Program-made: the position numbers and the translations under genes | The notes under the pieces: generated by a model | Databases searched by the model: none | Seen by the model: the letters and a program-made list of their open reading frames with translations, nothing else | What the model was told of the DNA's origin: nothing | DNA from: Octopus sinensis | Lineage: Eukaryota | NCBI RefSeq assembly: GCF_006345805.1 | Contig: NC_043000.1 | Span: 132,494,001-132,558,000, forward strand | Direction: 5' to 3' | Length of the DNA stretch: 64,000 nt | In this document: positions 57,466 to 64,000 of the stretch, piece after piece | How the letters are laid out: every line of letters begins with the position of its first letter | Numbering within the stretch: position 1 is the stretch's first letter

Positions 57466-57593
57466 CTGAATCCTTCGCATCATGTTTTTATTTTGATCAA
57501 TTTACTCCACCACCTACACCACCACAACGGTATACACAGGTGCTTATAATTATCAAGTACTCACCCCGAATTTATATATATATATATATATAG

Positions 57594-57646
<53 letters not shown>

Positions 57647-57728
57647 ATACAGGACATATATTATATATTAATATATATAAATGAAAGAATGGAGTTGAAC
57701 GACGGATTTACAAAATTCCTTTATTTTA

Positions 57729-57810
57729 TTTTCGACATATGTTTCGAAGGCTGCATGTTCCTAATTTCGAAGGAATAAGGGGTGCATATGCCGCCTTCTC
57801 ATCATGAAAA
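57729..57810 (-). ncRNA. Hammerhead motif, inverted copy with C3A core mutation
   Basis: Minus strand TTTTC-ATGATGA-GAAGGC...GCCTTC-GAAAC-ATAT-GTC-GAAAA. Confidence 0.7.
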
Positions 57811-57943
57811 GTAAGGAACTTATGTCAGCATCAAGATGCACAAAAACTTTTAGATGTCTGCCCACACTCATTATCGCTATGGGCTCCGTGTGGGCAGTCA
57901 TCTAACAGTTTTTGTGCATCTTGATGCTGACATAATTCCTTAC

Positions 57944-58026
57944 TTTTCCTGATGAGAAGGCGGCATAATGCACCCCTTATTCCTTCGAAATTAGGAACAT
58001 GCAGCCTTCGAAACATATGTCGAAAA
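57944..58026 (+). ncRNA. Canonical-core type I hammerhead ribozyme
   Basis: TTTTC-CTGATGA-GAAGGC...GCCTTC-GAAAC-ATAT-GTC-GAAAA. All core nucleotides and stems I and II are intact, stem III is palindromic (ACATATGT), and the GUC site ends at 58021. Confidence 0.88.
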
Positions 58027-58233
58027 TAAAATAAAATAAAGGAATTTTGTTAATTCGTCGTTCAACTCCATTCTTTCATTTATTTGTATTTAAAAAACAC
58101 ACAAATTTCCACACGATAGCAAGTGATCTCTGCCCTAGGCATGTAGCTTCAACCGTGTTTTCTGACGTGAATTTTCTACCCAGGTATCGGTTAACCGAAT
58201 TATCCATAATAGATAATTCATTCAACTACTATA

Positions 58234-58274
<41 letters not shown>

Positions 58275-58357
58275 TATATATATATATATAGATATATATA
58301 TATTATATATATAGGTAACACACACACATATATGTATATATATATATTATATATATA

Positions 58358-58394
<37 letters not shown>

Positions 58395-58399
58395 TCACA

Positions 58400-58575
58400 T
58401 ACGACGGGTGTTTTTTTTTCTTTTTTTGAGTTTCCGTCTACCAAATTCAGTTACACACAATGCTTTGGTTGGCGTGAGGCTATAGTAGAAAATAGTTGTT
58501 CAGGATGCCATGCAGTGGGACTGAACCTAGAACCTTGTGGTTCGAAAGCAAACTTTTTAACACACACCCTCGCCT
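58400..58575 (-). mobile_element. Diverged 5' half of SINE family C
   Basis: GTTTCCGTCTACCAAATTC...GCAGTGGGACTGAACC. Confidence 0.65.
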
Positions 58576-59311
58576 AGTTCGTTTCCAAATCACCTTAGTC
58601 ATGTCTCTTTTACCATACCTTCGGATCGGCCAAATCATAGTGATTGAAGTTAGATACACCGAAACTACACTCAATCTTGATTAAACTAGACAATTTTGAG
58701 TGAATTCCTATGAGTATTTTTAGACAAGAATCTAGGTAAGATTTCAAATCTGAAAGTAATCCAGTACCTTGTTGAGTTGCTTCCCTTTGTCTCATTCTGC
58801 ATTCTCCTTCCTCAGCATCGGACACCCAGTCTAAAACCGTTGCTATGAATCCTCAGACTGAACTATGAAGAGCATAAAAAAATGTTTGTTATCTAAGGCA
58901 GAAGACTAGTAATTTTAAAATTGGGAGTTGACTGATAAAAAACGACCCAGCACTATAGTTTTATTTTATCGACACCGGAGAGAGGACCGAAGAAAACACA
59001 GCAAAGCATTTTGTTCCACGGTTCAAGTCTGATGCCAATGCACAGCCCCATGAAGAGTTTATGATATTCATAAATCGCTTTAGCTACATGTGAGGCTAAT
59101 TTGAATGGGACAGAATATAATAGGTCGATAATTCGATATTTGTTTAATATTTATTTTGTCGACACAATATACAAGATTGAACACAAAAAAACTATACAAT
59201 GAAACACAAGCACGCACACACACACGCATCTTTGTGTGTGTATGTATGTATATATACACATATATATCGTTATATATATATATATATATACATACATACA
59301 TATATATATAT

Positions 59312-59518
59312 CGTTAAATGTGACCTCATGTGTACCGTTGGCGATTTTTTTCCTCTGTCCTCCCTTCTCTGGATCTTTCCTTCTCCTATGTTTCCGACGA
59401 TGAGCTCCGCTCGAAACGTTAAACCCTCCTTCTTTCCTTCTTTCCTGAGCATCCAATAATACTATATTTGTTCCACGTCCTCGCGTTGTTGTGTTTTTTT
59501 GTGCTTTCTTGTTTGGAT

Positions 59519-59523
<5 letters not shown>
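59312..59523 (+). mobile_element. Family F element with minimal hammerhead motif (59390-59424), between (TA)n tracts
   Basis: GTTT-CCGACGA-T-GAGC-tcc-GCTC-GAAAC-GTT-AAAC. Homologous to 20619-20820. Confidence 0.72.
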
Positions 59524-59558
<35 letters not shown>

Positions 59559-59704
59559 CATGTAAATTTATTTGGAGGTTGTGTTAACCTCATGAAGGGA
59601 TAGTTTCATCCAAGGTTCAATAGCTAGTATTTTGGGGGAATGAATTTACTTCAAAATAATAGGTATATACAAAAAGATATACTTTATATTCATTTAAAAG
59701 AAGA

Positions 59705-59863
59705 AGAAAATGGAGACTGAGAGGTTAATAAATGTTTATTATTCACATCAAATTGGTCATCTTCCCTTACAGCCGTTTTTATTAATACTCAGAAACGGCT
59801 GTAAGTGAAGATGACCAATTTGATGCTAATAAACAATTATTAACTTCCCAATCTCCATTTTCT
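59705..59863. repeat. Small fold-back element beginning at a hammerhead 3' half
   Basis: ~70-bp inverted arms; the inner end reads GAAAC-GGCT-GTA (59792-59803). Adjacent to (TA)n. Confidence 0.7.
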
Positions 59864-59889
59864 GTTTTATATATATATATATATATATA

Positions 59890-61159
59890 CGAGGGGCGTT
59901 CAATAAGTAATGCCCCTGACCCACTTGCAGTTGTTTGATCTAGCTGAAATTTTGCATGTGCACTTATTTATACATCTATAGATTAAGTGGCAAACTACAG
60001 CTCTGAACTAATTGTGGTTTCTGATTTACAGGTGTTTGAACTGAGTCAAGTGTGAAATGGAGCCTGTTGAGTGTCGAGCAGTGATCTGGTTTTTGTATTT
60101 GAAAGGACGCACACCACGGGAGACTTTTGATGAAATGAAAGTAACTTATGGTGATGATGCCCCATCATATGACCTTGTAAAACGCTGGTATTGTGAATTC
60201 AAACATAGTCGGAACTCTGTGGAAACAGCTCCCAGATCTGGTCGCCCCCCTTCTGCCGTTGATGAGACGTCTGTCCGTCAAGTTGAGGCTGCCATTTTGG
60301 AAGGTCAACGCATAACTATTCGCCAAATAGCCCATAAGGTCAAGATTAGTACCGGGTCTGTGGAAACTATCACTCATGACCATTTGCATATGCAAAAGGT
60401 GTCTGTCAGATAGATTTCCAGGTTGCTCACACCTTTCCAGAAGCAAGAACGCGTTGGATGCTCGAGGATGAATTTGGAGATGTGCCAAGAAGATGAGTCA
60501 AAATTTTTCAAAAGACTGATCACACAGGATAAAACCTGGGTCCATCACTATGATCCATAGACCAAAGCCCAGTCAATGCAGTGAAAGCACCGTGACTCAC
60601 CTCCTCCAAAGAAGGCAAGGGTGCAGCCCTCCGGTGACAAGGTTTGCTCACAGTCTTCTGGGACCAGGACGGAGTAGTGATGACAGATTTCCTGGCAAAG
60701 GGTACCAACAATTACAGGAGCCTATTATGCTTCACTTTGAGGAAATTAAGGAGAAACTATCAAAATCAAGAGGCGGGGAAAGATCAGCAAAAGCATCCTC
60801 CTCCTGCAGGACAACGCTCCGGTCCACAACTCGCGTGTCGCCAGATCAGAAGCACAGGCGTGCAGCTATGAACTCCTCCCCTTGCACCCTCTGATTTTCA
60901 CCTCTTCCCAGCCATGAAGTTGATTTTGAAAGGAAAGCGTTTCCCAGATGATGCAGCCTTGATTTCTGAAGTCACGTCGTGGTTGGAGGACCAACTGGGG
61001 GCTTCTACAAAAAACGTCTCCAGAGCTGTATCAAACGATGGGAGAAATGCATAACTCTGAGTAGTTCCTATGTAGGAAAAGACTAATAACTGTGCCAAGT
61101 GACGTTGCTCTACTGCTATGGGAAGTGGGTCAGGGGCATTACTTATTGAACGCCCCTCG
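59890..61159 (+). mobile_element. Full-length mariner transposon (irritans/Himar-like)
   Basis: Perfect TIRs CGAGGGGCGTTCAATAAGTAATGCCCCTGACCCACTT, TA on both sides, ~1.27 kb. Confidence 0.95.
60057..61086 (+). pseudogene. Disrupted mariner DD34D transposase
   Basis: MEPVECRAVIWFLYLKG...APRSGRP, ITQDKTWVHHYDP, VFWDQDGV, LLQDNAPVH and LAPSDFHLF. Premature stops and frameshifts. Confidence 0.92.
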
Positions 61160-61189
61160 TATATATATATTCTTTTAGTTGTTTCTTTT

Positions 61190-61346
61190 ACTTCTTTCAG
61201 TTTCCGTCTACCAATTCCACTCACAAGGCTTTGGTCGGCCCGAGGATGTAGTAGAAGACGCTTGCCCAAGGTGCCACGCAGTGGGACTGAACCCGTAACC
61301 ATGTGGTTGGTAAGCAAGCTACTTACCACACAGTCACTCCTGCGCC
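61190..61346 (-). mobile_element. 5' half of SINE family C
   Basis: Homology to the other family-C copies. Confidence 0.8.
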
Positions 61347-61416
61347 TATATATATATAATAGAAATATTAAAATTACTAAGTCTCTCTAAAAGAGATTAC
61401 GGCAGCGTTACTGGAA

Positions 61417-61780
61417 ATTAATTGTTATCGCCATATTAATATGGCAGTCTTATAGATATAAGACTAAAGCTGTCGCTGATTAGCTCCATGAGGCCATCGC
61501 CTTAAGCTAGGTAAATAAAAACTTCGAACAGAGACGATCAGTGGCGACACCTGCTGGGTCTGACTACGCTACAATGACAAAGGGCAAATACCCTGAAACG
61601 CGTCTGTAGCTGTCTGACTGGCAGTGTGAAGCGGCTGACCTCCCTCGTTCGAAGGTTATAATGGACACAGTTTGTGTGTCAAATAGCTAGCTTCAGGCGA
61701 TGGCCTCATGGAGCTAATCAGTGACAGCTTTAGTCTTATATGTATAAGACTGCCATATTAATATGGCGATAACAATTAAT
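61417..61780. mobile_element. Fold-back element with hammerhead motif in its loop (61568-61610, +)
   Basis: 94-bp inverted arms at 61417-61510 and 61687-61780. Loop contains GCTACA-ATGACAA-AGGG-caaata-CCCT-GAAAC-GC-GTC-TGTAGC. (TA)n flanks. Confidence 0.78.
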
Positions 61781-61788
61781 ATATATAT

Positions 61789-61871
<83 letters not shown>

Positions 61872-61900
61872 ATGTATGCATGTATGTATGTATGTATGTA

Positions 61901-61954
<54 letters not shown>

Positions 61955-62173
61955 GCGTGTCTGTATGTGCATGTAATATGTAACATTTTGACAGGTATAA
62001 ATTCCTATACTTTAATGAAGAGGAAATTGGAAGGTATCATTCACTCCATCCTAAGGCTACTCATAGCACTCTACATCAATTTACCGCGCCCTATTCTGTA
62101 CACATACATACTGTTGACATGCATAGATGCATACATACATTCATAGATGCAAACATACATACAAATATCTCTC

Positions 62174-62268
<95 letters not shown>

Positions 62269-62290
62269 ACTAACTATCTATCTATCTGTC

Positions 62291-62350
<60 letters not shown>

Positions 62351-63319
62351 TACAGGTGAATGATATATGTGTGTGAGTGTGTGTGTCTGTGCGCGCGGAT
62401 GCACGCGTGCGTGAATACGCATAAACTTAAATGATTGTATGGAAATCGTATGTGTATGCTACAATATTGCATTATGTTGTATTATAACACTTTCCTCTTT
62501 GTAGTCCTTTTGGCAAAACAAGAGCCATTATAAAAGCCATGCTGAACATACGTGCCTAATAGTTCTATAAATGTATGTTAGAAAATTCCTTCCCGTTGTT
62601 TAATAAGTAAGACCAAACACAAACTGAATACCTCTTAACATGTCGGAACTGATTACATTAAACGAAACACTTCACACGTTGTGGTTTATCGCTTTACTGC
62701 AGTTGTTTGATCCACTGAGCTTTTCAGCTTTTCAATTTCAAGTTCTCCAAGCGAGAAGTCGATAAATATTTATTTTAGCAATCCCTCCCACCAATTTTCG
62801 ATTTTCTTTCTTTCTTTCCTTTTTGTCTTTTATTTTTACTTTATACACGAATCTTTTTTTTTCTTCTTTTTTAATACATATACACTCACGTTCGTATAAA
62901 TATGTATATATTTCTACCTATACACATTTACACGCATATATGTGTGTACGCATGTATATGCTAATTTATATGTACACAATTGTAAACATACTTAAAGAGA
63001 AAGGTTTGTAAATCACACAGGGTAATGTTACCGTTTCGTTCCGATTCATTTTGGTTCGTTTCCTTTCCATTTTACACTAACCACAGCATGTACATAGGAA
63101 ACGCTATCGCTAAAAATAGTCTTTCTCCCACTAATGAATACCTTGTAAGATAGGAAACCTGAACTTAAGTCTGGGTATATAATATTTTAATTTTAATGTC
63201 ACTTAGGGTCTTTTTTTTTCCTATCTCCCACTGTTTACATTATTTACGCTTTGAATTCCAAATTTACTTATGAACTTATTGATTGATTAATCGTTCCGGA
63301 CAGTAATTAAGTACATCGT

Positions 63320-63350
<31 letters not shown>

Positions 63351-63640
63351 TTGTGTAACATCGTCTGTTTTTCCGTTCTTGTTTTCGTATACATTCGATG
63401 CTTTCTTCCAAGGAATCTAATGCTCTTAGCTTAGTTTTTCCTTGGGGCTGGCCAGATTGGAGCAATCTCAAGATTAATCAGCCGAAATTGTGAGGATGAT
63501 CCGGTTCTTGACTGAGGATAGGAAGCTTCGAATGACCCATCCTTGTATTTTTGCATCGTCTATCTGGATGTTTTGTTGTCCCTTTTTTCATCACCTAGTT
63601 GTCAGGATGTTTTGCGTTCTTGTCCCATTTTGTATATATA

Positions 63641-63852
63641 TATAACGGGAAGCTTTATGAAAATAGACAAAAGACGAAGGCAGGTGGAACAACAACAAAC
63701 AATTGTATTAGTATGGCGCTCAGGAATATAAATAAAACAAGTCTTTAACGTTTCGAGCCTACGCTCTTCAACAGAAAGATACCAGAGAGAAAAAAAACAC
63801 AGAAAGAAGGAGAGAAAAAAATGCGTGCAGTAACTAACAATCAACATGGCGA
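63641..63852 (-). mobile_element. Family D element with hammerhead-like motif (63742-63779)
   Basis: Minus strand TCTTT-CTGTTGA-A-GAGC-gtag-GCTC-GAAAC-GTT-AAAGA. Starts at (TA)n. Confidence 0.78.
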
Positions 63853-64000
63853 TCTGATTTCGGCCAGAGGTCAAAGATCAAACATGAGACGCGAGAGCGA
63901 AATAAGGGGAGATAATAGGGTTGATAATAGGGTTGAATGACCCTAGGATAGGTTGGACAGGCGTATGTATGGGGTTGGTGTATGTATTAGTTGTATTAGT

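Larger units (their letters stand above)
53620..57500. repeat. ~3.9-kb fold-back palindrome with a hammerhead near each outer end
   Basis: Arms 53620-55516 and 55628-57500 are reverse complements with scattered small indels. ~110-bp spacer ending in (CA)n(TA)n. Flanked by (TA)n. Confidence 0.92.
57677..58083. mobile_element. ~400-bp palindromic hammerhead element next to (TA)n
   Basis: ~190-bp inverted arms around a ~20-nt loop (57868-57887); each arm holds a hammerhead motif. Confidence 0.88.

Noticed and set aside
58680-58870. Possible LINE RT remnant (LLSDLKSYLD) on the minus strand; similar weak LINE traces at ~25140-25690 and ~39840-40550
   Set aside because: Too degenerate to classify or delimit by eye.

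Overview
AT-rich, microsatellite-saturated animal genomic DNA with a 100-N gap at 39507-39606. The repeat landscape strongly suggests an octopus or other cephalopod (inference). No host protein-coding exon is convincingly supported: nearly all listed ORFs are translations of simple repeats or SINEs. Only a possible non-coding minus-strand exon (donor at 8705) and a TATA-like site near 11310 hint at a host gene. The window is a mosaic of tRNA-derived SINE families, LINE relics (R4/Dong-like, RTE), mariner and hAT transposons and MITEs, a Helentron-type element and a short LTR with a tRNA-Ser primer-binding site. The notable signal is a set of about 14 minimal type I hammerhead-ribozyme motifs of the kind known from Penelope-like retroelements. 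They belong to several different short non-coding families, mostly next to (TA)n tracts. Several lie in fold-back (palindromic) elements, including a ~3.9 kb palindrome (53620-57500) and a ~400 bp palindrome (57677-58083), each with a hammerhead in both arms. Some families carry non-canonical cores (G3-C8 swap, U6, an extra purine before stem II). All structures were read by eye and need computational and biochemical confirmation.
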